A program made the translations under genes and the position numbers. From a bacterium (GTDB lineage Bacteria > UBA8248 > JACPRG01 > G963555815): DNA of 64,000 nucleotides. Below the pieces are notes generated by a model. That model had not been told where the DNA came from, did no database searches, and saw only the letters and a program-made list of their open reading frames with translations. This document shows, one piece after another, positions 51,610 through 61,095 of the stretch. The stretch lies in contig OZ244653.1 of assembly GCA_965218795.1 (NCBI GenBank), forward strand, positions 4,640,001-4,704,000, given 5' to 3'. Each line of letters starts with the position of its first letter. Within the stretch, counting starts at the first letter, position 1.

Positions 51610-52400
51610 GGCGCCTCCTCCTCCTCCCCCGCCGGAACGGTCCGGAAGGCGTCATGCACGGCCACGGCGAGCCGTCCGCCCGAGGGGCCGGTCCCCGGCG
51701 CCGCCAGCCAGATCGCGGCCGCGCCCGGCGCGAGACGGCCCGCCAGGGCCTCGGCGCCGGTTCCCGGGCCGGGGCCCGCTTCCAGCACGCGCGCAATGAA
51801 CCGCGGCCCCCGCCAGACCTCGATGACTGAAAGACCTTCCTTGTAGAATGTTCCTGAAGGCGTCTCGATCGTGTAGCCCGGAAGGGTCTCACGCCGCGCC
51901 ACTGCGCGGACGAGCGCCACCAGCGTGCCCACGCGCCGATGGCCCGGCCTTTGGACGTCCGGTTCGGACATCGCGGCCGCATTGCGGATCAGGATCTGGG
52001 CCGAGCCGCGTTCGGCCACGGTCAACGCCAGCCGGTAGGTGAAGCCCGCGGCCGTCCCGATGAAGAGCGTCACCGGCTCCCGGGGAACGCCGTTGAGGCC
52101 CGCGGGCCGCAGGTAGATGTCGCCACGCGCCGCGTCGTGCTCGACCTGGAAACCGTCCGGCCCCCGGATCACCCGGGCGATCCGATCGCCCGCCAGCGCG
52201 ATGCGGCTCACCGCCCGGTCCGAGACCTCCGCTTCCAGCTCCGCGTGGTCCACGGCCTCCAGGATCTGCATGGCCGAGGCCGGCGTGCAGTAAAAGAACG
52301 CTCCCAAAAGCAACACCGGAATGAAAAAATACGTGAAGCCCGCCCCGGCACGCGCCGGGGCCCGGCCTTTTGCACCCCTGGTTCTCTTCCCTTGCTTCAT
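51606..52400 (-). CDS. traK: TraK
   Basis: SRIALAGDRI, GDIYLRP, TLFIGT-AGFTY; position between traE and traB. Confidence 0.85.
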   Translation of the reverse strand: MKQGKRTRGAKGRAPARAGAGFTYFFIPVLLLGAFFYCTPASAMQILEAVDHAELEAEVSDRAVSRIALAGDRIARVIRGPDGFQVEHDAARGDIYLRPAGLNGVPREPVTLFIGTAAGFTYRLALTVAERGSAQILIRNAAAMSEPDVQRPGHRRVGTLVALVRAVARRETLPGYTIETPSGTFYKEGLSVIEVWRGPRFIARVLEAGPGPGTGAEALAGRLAPGAAAIWLAAPGTGPSGGRLAVAVHDAFRTVPAGEEEEAP

Positions 52401-52402
52401 GC

Positions 52403-52972
52403 TCAGTCCTCCAGCTCTTCGAAACGCACCAGGCCGATCCGCCCCGCGTCCACGCGGAAGGCCAGCCGGTAGCGCTTGCGCTCGCGCGAGACCGGCTCGC
52501 GCCCGAGCCAGGTCGCGAGCTCTCCGGTCACCAGGACCGTCAACGCCTCCGGCTTTGCCTCGATGCGCTCGGGATAGAAAGCGGTCGCCAGGTCCCGCCG
52601 CGCCATGCGCCCGGCCTCGGCCGCGACCCAGGCCCCGATCGCGCCCCAGGCCCCGATCGCGCCCCGGGCCGAGGCGTGGCTCAGCCGCGTTGCCGCCTCC
52701 CGCACGTGCTCCGCGTTCTCCGGCGTCAGCGTCAGCAGCGTCACCGCCACGGTCCGTCCCATGTCTTCCAGATAGCGAAGCCCGGCCCGGCTGCTCCCGA
52801 CCTCCCAGGCAGGCCCCGTGACCGCCGGGATCAGCACCGCCATGCGATCCACCGAGGCCAGGCCGACGCTCAGGCCCAGATTGGCCAGGAGCGAGAGGCC
52901 CAGGAGCCCGGCCAGGGCCGCACGCCCGTCGCGCACCCGCCGCCGCTCCGCTTCCATGATGTCCCGTCTCAT
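52403..52972 (-). CDS. traE: TraE, with an 18-bp tandem duplication
   Basis: TM segment, VLIP, YLEDM, LTLTPEN, AFYP, GELATWLG, RFEE. Confidence 0.88.
   Translation of the reverse strand: MRRDIMEAERRRVRDGRAALAGLLGLSLLANLGLSVGLASVDRMAVLIPAVTGPAWEVGSSRAGLRYLEDMGRTVAVTLLTLTPENAEHVREAATRLSHASARGAIGAWGAIGAWVAAEAGRMARRDLATAFYPERIEAKPEALTVLVTGELATWLGREPVSRERKRYRLAFRVDAGRIGLVRFEELED
52628..52663. repeat. Exact 18-bp tandem duplication (GAIGAW x2)
   Basis: CCAGGCCCCGATCGCGCC twice. Confidence 0.95.
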
Positions 52973-52982
52973 CCAACTCTCC

Positions 52983-53229
52983 TCATCCGATGAACCGGCG
53001 CACGTGGCTCGGAGGCGCGCCCTTGAGGCCCAGGGTGAAGCCGGGCAGGAACCAGTAGAGCGCGCATATCGCCACATCCGCGCCGCCGCCCCGCTTGGCC
53101 CGGCGCAGCAAGGCCCAGGCCCCGAGCCCGGCCACCAGCCCGGTCACGAAGGCGTTGGCGGCCAGCCCCAGGACCGCGGGCCCCAGGAGCGCCGCCGCCT
53201 CGTCCAGGGTCCAGAACAGCCAGCGCGGC
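52983..53229 (-). pseudogene. traL: TraL, start deleted
   Basis: Manual translation PRWLFWTLDEAAALL...ALYWFLP...PPSHVRRFIG*. Confidence 0.88.
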
Positions 53230-53382
53230 CGCGAGCTGCCCGCCCGTGCCCGAGACGATGTCGGTCACCGTGCCGAGCGGACTCGAGAAGGTCGTGTCCG
53301 TCGAGGCCCAGGCCGCCTCCAGGCTACCCAGCGTCAACACGAGCGCCGGAAGCATCCGTTTCGTCGGAAAAAGCGTTCTCAT
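53219..53382 (-). pseudogene. traA: TraA pilin, 3' half deleted
   Basis: MRTLF...AAWASTDTTF...DIVSGTGGQLAAALA, propilin-like; fused out of frame to traL. Confidence 0.75.
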
Positions 53383-54107
53383 CGCGCCTCCCTCCTCCGT
53401 CCGTCCCCTCCGTCGTCCGAGGTCGAGACCCGCCGCCGCGCCGAGGCCCAGGTCTCCAGGTCGGCGAGCAGGTAGCGCACCCGGGCCCCGAACCGGTGGA
53501 ACACCGGTCCCTCGCCGCTCACCCGGTAGCGGTCCAGGGTCCTCGGCGAGAGGCCCAGCCATGCGGCCGCCTCCCGCGTGCTCATGTAATGCCTGCCGTT
53601 GTTGTCGCTCATGCACTTGTCTCCTTCTCGCTTGTGGGTGGATGAACCGGGCCGGAACGCCCCGGCAAGAGGGTTCTTGTCCGTCACCCCGGCGCGGATG
53701 GCCCGGGCCTCTTCCGCGCTCGCATGGGCCGCCATCCAGGCGCGCACCCGATCGACCGTGGTCAGCCGCGGCGACACTCCCCGGCGCAGCCTTCCCACGA
53801 AGGACGGATTGCCGGCGGCCTCCAGGCCCAATACCGAGAGCTTGGTCCCGGTCACGGCCAGGAATGCCTCGACCTCGCGCCGGAACACAGGACCCAGGGG
53901 CGGATCCCCCATGAAGACCAGCACCCGGTCCGCCGTGGCCAGCCGCAGCGAACGCCCCCGCATCTGGGAGGCCACGAAACCCGGGTCCCCGAGGGCTTCC
54001 ATGCCGAAGCGCCGGGCGCTCATGCCGTGGCGTGCGCGCCAGGCCGCAACGGTCCGGCGGAGGCGCTCGTCGAAAGGCATATCGGAGGGGGTGCCAGGCG
54101 TTGTCAT
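53379..54107 (-). CDS. Tandem Cro-like domains fused to an excisionase/AlpA-like HTH (internal ATG with RBS at 53612)
   Basis: Repeated unit (FG-EALGDPGFV...GRSLRL-TADRV; LG-EAAGNPSFV...GVSPRL-TVDRV), then STREAAAWLGLSPRTLDRYR...VRY. Confidence 0.75.
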   Translation of the reverse strand: MTTPGTPSDMPFDERLRRTVAAWRARHGMSARRFGMEALGDPGFVASQMRGRSLRLATADRVLVFMGDPPLGPVFRREVEAFLAVTGTKLSVLGLEAAGNPSFVGRLRRGVSPRLTTVDRVRAWMAAHASAEEARAIRAGVTDKNPLAGAFRPGSSTHKREGDKCMSDNNGRHYMSTREAAAWLGLSPRTLDRYRVSGEGPVFHRFGARVRYLLADLETWASARRRVSTSDDGGDGRRREAR

Positions 54108-54136
54108 GTGCATGAAAATAAAGGGGAGATTCGCGC

Positions 54137-54167
54137 TTGATAATAGGTATAAATAGTGTATAACCTG
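54137..54167 (+). promoter_or_regulatory. AT-rich divergent promoter/operator region
   Basis: TTGATA-N16-TATAAC; imperfect palindrome AGGTATA...TATAACCT. Confidence 0.5.
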
Positions 54168-54255
54168 CAGTTGGATTACATTCGTATGCACGTCCGCGGT
54201 GGAATGCGCGGGGGTGCGGCAAAAAACCGGGGAGACGGCAGGTGGAAGGGAAAGG

Positions 54256-54999
54256 ATGAACCTAGAGGGAAAGACGGACGAAAGGGAGGCGATCAGGCGC
54301 GACCCGGTCCGGCTCAGGCTGAGGGACCAGCTCCGGCGCAACGACCTCACTCTCGCCGCCGCGTCGCTGGCCATCGGTCGTAACAAGACCTATCTGCAGC
54401 AGTACGTGGACCGCGGGGTGCCCGCGGTCCTCGGCTATCGCGACAGCGAGGCCCTGGCCGACCTGCTCGGCTGCGGTCCCGGGCAGCTGCGACACGAGAC
54501 CGTGCCCAAACGCAGGCCCATGAAGCGCAGACGGCCCCGGCCGCCGGCCGGGCTTCCCGGCGCCCCGGTGGCGGCCATCCCGGAGATCGCGGTGGAGGCC
54601 GGGGCCGGGGCGGGAGCGCTTGCCGAGGAGTTCGTCTCCGAGACGGCGCGCTGGCACTGGCCGGAGAACATGCTCCGCTACGAGGGCGGCACGGCGCCCG
54701 AGAACGTGCGCATCCTCAGGGTGCGGGGCAACTCGATGCAGCCGGAGATGCGCGAGGGCGACCGGATCGTGGTGGACGTCTCGCGCCGTTTGCCGTCAAC
54801 GGGGGAGACGTTCGTGCTGTGGGACGGCAACGGGCTGGTGGTCAAGCAGGTCGAGGCGGTGCAAAGCCATGGGGCGGGCGAGGACAAACCGCCCCGGCTC
54901 AGGCTGATCTCCGCCAACCCGGACTACGCCCCCTACTCATGCCTCGCCCAGGACGTCCACGTCCTCGGCAAGGTGTTGTGGGTGGTAAGAAGGGTGTGA
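54256..54999 (+). CDS. CI/LexA-like repressor with S24 peptidase domain
   Basis: N-terminal HTH, AGAG cleavage-type site, VRGNSM (Ser) and VVK (Lys), LISANPDY. Confidence 0.9.
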   Translation: MNLEGKTDEREAIRRDPVRLRLRDQLRRNDLTLAAASLAIGRNKTYLQQYVDRGVPAVLGYRDSEALADLLGCGPGQLRHETVPKRRPMKRRRPRPPAGLPGAPVAAIPEIAVEAGAGAGALAEEFVSETARWHWPENMLRYEGGTAPENVRILRVRGNSMQPEMREGDRIVVDVSRRLPSTGETFVLWDGNGLVVKQVEAVQSHGAGEDKPPRLRLISANPDYAPYSCLAQDVHVLGKVLWVVRRV

Positions 55000-55188
55000 G
55001 CGCATGGGTCCGGGAATCAAGGGAGGCGTGGACCGGGACGGTCGAACCCTTGCACATGCTTCCGGGTGGTCATACGGATCGAACCCGTCACCGCCTTGAC
55101 CCGCATACAGGGAACCGGTCCATGATGGAAGCGCACTGGCGTTCCGATCCACGATCGCCTATATTTCTTCCAGAATGGAGGAAGCATA

Positions 55189-55812
55189 ATGGCGACGAGC
55201 ATTGTGTCCCAGACCCTGTCGGCGAACGAGGCGGCCTGTGTGACCGGCGTTCCCCTGAAACAGGTCCACCGCATCATCGACGCTGGCCTGTTGGGCAGCG
55301 CCGCCACAAACCACAAGGGCTCCCGTGTCGTCCTTCGCGACGGCTTGGTGGGCCTGAAGCTCGCCCACGAGACGACGGACACCCTCACCCTCGATGGACG
55401 CCGCCGGCTCGTGCGCTATCTCCTCGACAATCCGGAGGCCCGGGCGGCCCGTGAGAGCCACGTTTCCGTGGACGTACGGCTCATGAAGGGCGAAGTCCGG
55501 CGAGGGCTTTCCACGCTGGCAAGGGCGCGGAAGATGATCGCGGCCGACAAGGCCGTACTCTCCGGCGCCGCGTGCATTAAGGGAACCCGCATACCCGCTC
55601 ACGATATCGCCGAAATGCTCGCCAACGGCGACGGCGTTCACGCAATCCGCGACGCCTACCCGGCGCTCACTGGTGCACAGATCGAAGCCGCGGTCCTCTA
55701 TGCCCGGGCCTACCCGCGCCGTGGCCGTCCCCGTGGCGAGCCCTTCTGGCGCAACCGAAAGCCGGTCATCTCGAGCGAGGTCGCCTTCCACGAGCTGCCT
55801 CCGACCCGGTGA
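55189..55812 (+). CDS. DUF433-family antitoxin
   Basis: LSGAACIKGTRIP...YPALT-AQIEAA; GGAGG RBS; GTGA overlap with the toxin gene. Confidence 0.88.
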   Translation: MATSIVSQTLSANEAACVTGVPLKQVHRIIDAGLLGSAATNHKGSRVVLRDGLVGLKLAHETTDTLTLDGRRRLVRYLLDNPEARAARESHVSVDVRLMKGEVRRGLSTLARARKMIAADKAVLSGAACIKGTRIPAHDIAEMLANGDGVHAIRDAYPALTGAQIEAAVLYARAYPRRGRPRGEPFWRNRKPVISSEVAFHELPPTR

Positions 55813-56071
55813 AGTTTCTGATCGACGAATGTCTGAGCCCCACGCTCGCGACCATCGCCCGAAAACAAGGGTTCCCGCAATCGACGCACGTGAGCTGGCT
55901 CGGGTTGAGGTCCAGGAAGGACTGGCTCCTCGTCCGGCGCGCGATCCGGGACGGGTATGTGCTCGTGACGAACGACACGGCGGATTTTACGTCGCTGATG
56001 GAGCGGGAGCACCGCCATCCCGGTCTGGTCTGCATGAACGTGGCGCATGGCCTCATGAGCCTCGACGTGCA
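55809..56071 (+). pseudogene. DUF5615 PIN-like toxin truncated by IS3
   Basis: MKFLIDECLSP...KDW...LVTNDTADF...HPGLV, then the IS3 IRL. Confidence 0.85.
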
Positions 56072-57257
56072 TGGAGTTGCCCCGTTTTTGTGGACACCTT
56101 CAGACTGTGCGGAGGAGGTGTTCAGATGGCGAGAACTCATTCACCCTACGCGCCGGAATACCGGCGCCAGATGGTTGAGTTGGTTCGCTCGGGAGACCGG
56201 CTCGGTCCGGGCGAAGTCTTCGAACTCGTGAAGGCGAATCAGGCCTGCCATCGGGTGGCCACGATGTGCCGTCGGCTGGGTGTCTCCCCAGCGGATACTA
56301 CGCGTGGCGAAGCCGTGGGCGTTCGAATCGTGCGAAGCGCGACGAGGAGCTGCGCGGCACGATCCGGGCCATCCACGAGGGCTCTGGTGGCACCTATGGG
56401 GCGCCTCGGGTCCATGCCGAACTCGTGGCCAACGGGCGCCGGGTGAGCCGCAAACGGGTGGCTCGGCTGATGCGCGAGTCGGGCTTGGCCGGGGTGAGCC
56501 GGCGCCGAGGCACGGGTACTACGCGCGTGGACCCGAGCCATCGTGCGGTCCCGGACCGGGTCGAACGCCAGTTCCAGGCCGATGGGCCGGACCGAATCTG
56601 GGTGGCCGACATCACCTACGTGCCGACCTGGACGGGGTTCGTGTACCTGGCCATCGTGCTCGACGTGTTCAGCCGCCGGGTGGTGGGATGGTCCATGACC
56701 CACCATCTTCGCACCGAACTGGTGCTCGGGGTCCTGAACATGGCGTTGGGACAGCGCCGCCCCCAAGGGGTCGTACATCACTCCGACCAGGGCTCGCAGT
56801 ACACCTCGCTTGCCTTTGGGAAGCGGTGCCGGGAGATGGGGGTGGTTCCGTCGACCGGGTCGGCCGGGGATTGCTTCGACAACGCCATGGCCGAGAGCTT
56901 CTTCGCCACGCTGGAGTGCGAGCTCATCGACCGGCGCTCGTTCCGTACCCAGGCCGAAGCGCGCATGGCGATCTTCCAATTCATCGAAGGCTGGTACAAC
57001 CCACGCCGTCGTCATTCGGCCCTGGGTTACCTCAGCCCCAACGACTTCGAACGCGCCGTGGCGAAGGAAACGCCACGTGCAGTGCGCAACGCTCATCGTC
57101 CGGCTCGAACCGTCCCCGGTGCTTCCCGGAGCAGCGAGCCGGGGGTACCCTATCTACATCTACCGGATAGGGAGAAGACTTTACGTCCACCGGCTTTCGC
57201 CCACCGCAGGACTGGTGGCGACAGCCCAAACCCGTCCACTGAAACGGGGTAAATCCA
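56072..57257 (+). mobile_element. Defective IS3-family element (orfA deleted, orfB frameshifted near 56285)
   Basis: IRL TGGAGTTGCCCCGTTTTTGTGGAC; IRR reverse complement TGGATTTACCCCGTTTCAGTGGAC; WVADITY, HHSDQGSQY, DNAMAESFF; no TSD. Confidence 0.92.
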
Positions 57258-57879
57258 GGGGCAAGTGTTTCCAGTAACGAACGCCGATCTCCGCCAGCGC
57301 ACAGCGGTTGCGGCGCCCGCGTTGGATCCGGTAGCTTCCGTCGCAATGCTGTTCGCAATAGACCGGATCGTCAGGACGCAGTCGCGGGCGCGAGCAGGTG
57401 CCAAAGTCCTGCTCGGTGAACTTGCATTCGACGGCGACCCGCTTTTCCGGTCCACGGAGCAACACGTCGATACTGGTCGGTCTCGGCTCTTCCAGGCAGT
57501 GCACCTCGTACTCGAAGTCCAACGCCGAGCCGCGGTGGTCTTCAAAGAAGGCCGGTCGCCCGCACTCGGCGGACACATCCCGAAGCAGATCAAGCCGGTC
57601 GAAGGCGCGGACCGCCCCGAACACGCTTTGGGTCAGTGCCTGGGAGCTCTTCAGGCTACCAAACCATTTATGCCGCTGGTTTTGAGGAATGGCGGCACGG
57701 ATGTCATTCGCTTTCGACCCATCCGGCGGAACCAAGACCCCCTTCAAGGCGAACTTGTCTGCGAGAACAGGTGGACGCCCCTGCCGCTTGCCGCCGTCGA
57801 GTTCGCCCCTGTGGTGTCGGTTGGCCCAGGTCCACAAAGCCCGGAGCACTGCCTTTTCATAATCGGCATAGCTCATCAT
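57258..57879 (-). pseudogene. Putative PD-(D/E)XK restriction endonuclease-like protein (PGN_0703-like), 3'-truncated by IS3
   Basis: LKSSQAL...F, FEY, PTSIDV, VECKFTE, Cys-rich tail. Confidence 0.7.
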
Positions 57880-58008
57880 CGCCAATTCTCCACGACGCTC
57901 ACTTCGTTGACCCAATGAAGAAAAGAACGAACAATCTATTCAGTGAGCGCATTCCTGCACACCTCTGCGCATGTGTGTCGCAATCGAGCGGCAAGACTGA
58001 CAATCCGT

Positions 58009-58051
58009 CTCATACCCGAAGGCCGCGGGTTCGAATCCTGCCCCGCAACCA
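58009..58051 (+). other. Degenerate 3' half of initiator tRNA-Met; att-site relic
   Basis: CTCATACCCGAAGGCCGCGGGTTCGAATCCTGCCCCGCAACCA: CAT anticodon, TTCGAATCC T-loop, ACCA end; no 5' half. Confidence 0.82.
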
Positions 58052-58161
58052 GATGAAACATCGCTAACTTGTCCACTTAACCATCTTGGCTAACGAATAG
58101 ATTGATGGTTTCGATGGGCCTTCGGCCCTGGTTTCGATACCCCGGATGGGGTCGTTCGGTG

Positions 58162-58297
58162 TGGATTCCCGTTGCAGCCTGCACTCGAATGTTCCCCGCT
58201 TACTGCCTGCGGGGACAAGCTCAGTCGGGGGCGGGAATGACAAGACGGGGGGCTGCATGGTCTCTGTTCTGTCATTCCTGCGCAAGCAGGAATCCAG
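58162..58297. repeat. Pair of inverted REP-like palindromes (GTCATTCC...GGAATCCA type)
   Basis: TGGATTCCCG...CGGGAATGAC (58162-58241, with internal insert) and GTCATTCCTGCGCAAGCAGGAATCCAG (58271-58297). Confidence 0.72.
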
Positions 58298-58862
58298 AGG
58301 AGGGGGTCAGCTGGCAGGTTGCCATAGGAATCCGGGGGCAGGCCCCGATACGTTGTCCAGTTCGCGCCAACTCCAGAACGCTCAGTCGGTGCTCGGCCGG
58401 CTCGCCGCCGCGCGCTTCCCATCCCATCTCACCTTTGACAGCCTCCTTATTCAGTATGAAATAGCACGGAAAGTCGGTGCGCTCAAGGGCGCGGTGACGC
58501 TCTCCCCGGGTATGGACTGACCTCTCCTGCTGGAGGGGAATGGAACGCCGCGCGATAGCCGGCAATGCCTGTCTTTCTTCTCGATACCTGCGCCGTGATT
58601 TGGGTCGCGAACGGCGACCGCCTGCGAGAACCTGCCGCTCGTGGCAGATTGCTTGGCCACCGAACCACCGCCGGCTACCGGCGAGGCGCCCAGGCCGTAT
58701 TTGCGCCCGGCGACACTTCCCCGCCGAACCGTGGTGGCTGACCTCGTGCGCTGAGCTGGCCGGGCCGGCTCTCGGCGGAGCCAATCGGAGGGGAATCCGG
58801 TTGTTTTTCGCCAATACAGATGGGACCTCGGGCGACAACCGGGCTTCTTGTGGAGATTGACA

Positions 58863-59861
58863 ATGAAAAGGCAGTTTTGCAAAGCTGCGATCATCGCGGT
58901 CTCGGCGCTGTTCGGCGCGGCCGGCGGTGCGCACGCGGTCGATGTTACGGTCGGCTATCAGCTCGTTTACGGGCCGTGGAAGGCGAAGATGAAGGAACTC
59001 GCGGCGAACGGTCTCGGAGGCAAGAGCATCGAGTTTGTGAAGTTCACCTCCGGCACCGAGGTGAACAACGCCATGGCCTCGGGCTCGGTGGACATCTCTC
59101 TCAACGGCTCCTCGTCGACCGCGGCGGGCTACAGCCGGGGCGTCGATCTGCAGGTCATCTACATCTATGACGACATCAACGATGCGGAAGCGCTGGTCGT
59201 CGACGATTCGATCACTGCTCCGCAGGACCTCGTCGGCAAGACGATCGCAGTGCCCTTCGGCTCCACCACGCACTTTCACATGATGTTCGCGCTTGAGCAA
59301 TTCAACATCTCGCCGAAGGATCTCGACGTGCTCGACATGTCGCCGCCGGACATGGTTGCGGCCTGGGAGCGCGGTGACATCAACGGCGGGTTCGTCTGGG
59401 ACCCCGCGCTCGGCCGCATGAAGGAGAAGGGCCGCGTGCTGTTGACTTCCGGCACTCTCAACAACTGGGGCAAGGCCACCTTCGATGCGATGGTCGCCCG
59501 CAAGGGGTTCACCGACAGGCATCCGGATTTTGCGGGCCAGTGGGTCAAGATGGTGTCGTCGGCCGATGCCGATTATCGCGCCAACCTGAACGCCTACGGT
59601 CCGGGAAGCGACAACGCCATGGCGATTGCCAGGAGTGTGTCCGGCAACGCGGACCAAGTGGGTGGGGTGCTCGCTCTGTACGGCTATCCGACCCTCGAGG
59701 AGCAGGTATCTGGCACTTGGCTCGGGGGCGGCGTGCAAAATGCTCTGAGGGCGGCATCGGAGTTCCTCATGTCACAGGGCAAGCTGGACCAAGTGCTGGA
59801 CAGCTACGCCGCCGCCGCGACGCCCAAATTCGCGCAGATGGTCCTGGACGGCGAGTGCTGA
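58863..59861 (+). CDS. tauA: Taurine/sulfonate ABC substrate-binding protein (orphan)
   Basis: VTVGYQ, KFTSG-EV, GSS, AEALVV, DLVGKTIAVPFGSTTHF, AAWERGDI, FVWDP. Confidence 0.85.
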   Translation: MKRQFCKAAIIAVSALFGAAGGAHAVDVTVGYQLVYGPWKAKMKELAANGLGGKSIEFVKFTSGTEVNNAMASGSVDISLNGSSSTAAGYSRGVDLQVIYIYDDINDAEALVVDDSITAPQDLVGKTIAVPFGSTTHFHMMFALEQFNISPKDLDVLDMSPPDMVAAWERGDINGGFVWDPALGRMKEKGRVLLTSGTLNNWGKATFDAMVARKGFTDRHPDFAGQWVKMVSSADADYRANLNAYGPGSDNAMAIARSVSGNADQVGGVLALYGYPTLEEQVSGTWLGGGVQNALRAASEFLMSQGKLDQVLDSYAAAATPKFAQMVLDGEC

Positions 59862-60065
59862 CCGCGCCGGCCAACCTTCCCGCCGCGCCGACCGCGTTCA
59901 GGAGATTGGCGAACGGCCCATAGCGAGACCGCTCTCCGGTCGCGCCGCCCGAGCCTGTGAAATGGAACGGAGGCACGATGCGGACGCCTTTCGGCGGTTG
60001 GTTGTCACACCCGACGCATCGTTGATGCCCTCATTCCAGAGCCACTCTCCTTGGATGGGCGAAGG

Positions 60066-61094
60066 TCAGCCGCTGTCTGATGTCGAACCCCCGTCCATCG
60101 CCGCCCGGATGGCCTGCTGAATCGGGCTCAGAACGCGTGGAATCGCCTCCTCCAACGGTCCGGGAACACGAATGCCGGCGGCAAAGGGATGACCGCCGCC
60201 GCCCAGCGCCATGGCGACCTCATTGACCCTGACCAGACCTTTGGACCGTACGCTGGTGCGGATGATGCCGGAGTCCAGCTCGATGAATAAAACGCTGGCC
60301 TGGACCCCATTCAGCATTCGCGGAAAATCCACGAAGTCTTCCGTGTCCTGAGGCCTGGCCCCCGCCTCCCGAAGCATTTCCCGGGTGACGGCTATCCAGC
60401 CAACCCGGCCGTCCGGAGTGACATTCAACTTGCTCAGGGCAAGCCCAAGCAGGCGCAAGCGCGCAGGATGCGTTGATTCATAGATATTCGAATACACGAC
60501 CTCGGCCCGGACGCCCAAGTCCAAGAGCTCCGCCGCGATCTGGTGTGTTCTGACGTTTGTATTGTTGAACCGGAAGGAGCCCGTATCGGTCATGATGGCG
60601 GAGTACAGGGCCTCGGCCACAGGCAGGGAGAGCGGACGACCGTAAGACTTGATGAGATCGAAGATGATCTCACCGGTTGCGCAGGCGCGCTCGTTGATGA
60701 CCTGCGGGTTGCCGAAAGGGCCCTCGCTCGGGTGATGATCGACGCACAGAACCGGGAGCCCCGACTGATGCGCCGTCTCGGTCATCGGCCCCATTCGCTC
60801 CCACTTGCCGAAGTCCAGGGCGACGAGCAGGTCCACTTCCTGGGGAAGAGGGCGGTCGGGGCGAAACTCCTGAATAATCCCCTCGGGGTCCAGAAATTCG
60901 CAAAAAGAAGGCGTGGGAGACCCGTTGATCACGCTCGCCCTTCGTCCCTGATCATCGAGGAATCGGTACAGGGCCATTTCGGACCCGATACCGTCGCAAT
61001 CGGGATTGACATGGGTTGTGATCAGGGGATGTTCGTAACGGTCCAGCGCTTCACGGACAAGAACGAGACGCTCTTCGGGCGTTCCCGGGTTCAT
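60066..61094 (-). CDS. nrnA: DHH/DHHA1 oligoribonuclease/pAp phosphatase
   Basis: HVNPDCDGIGS, LD, VDHH, TDTGSF, SVRSK, GGGGHPFAAG. Confidence 0.92.
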   Translation of the reverse strand: MNPGTPEERLVLVREALDRYEHPLITTHVNPDCDGIGSEMALYRFLDDQGRRASVINGSPTPSFCEFLDPEGIIQEFRPDRPLPQEVDLLVALDFGKWERMGPMTETAHQSGLPVLCVDHHPSEGPFGNPQVINERACATGEIIFDLIKSYGRPLSLPVAEALYSAIMTDTGSFRFNNTNVRTHQIAAELLDLGVRAEVVYSNIYESTHPARLRLLGLALSKLNVTPDGRVGWIAVTREMLREAGARPQDTEDFVDFPRMLNGVQASVLFIELDSGIIRTSVRSKGLVRVNEVAMALGGGGHPFAAGIRVPGPLEEAIPRVLSPIQQAIRAAMDGGSTSDSG

Positions 61095-61095
61095 C

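Larger units (their letters stand above)
33447..58051. mobile_element. Degenerate F-type (MPF-F, MOBF) integrative conjugative element
   Basis: Nearly full tra gene order, CI/Cro-like switch and a tRNA-Met 3' fragment at the right end; no integrase visible in the window. Confidence 0.82.

Noticed and set aside
33008-57257. Inverted IS3 pair as a composite transposon carrying the tra region
   Set aside because: The copies are diverged, both are defective, and the outer flanks (AGG, GGG) are not a duplication.
58009-58051. Functional tRNA-Met gene
   Set aside because: The upstream sequence does not form an acceptor stem or D-arm, and the 3' half has apparent deletions.
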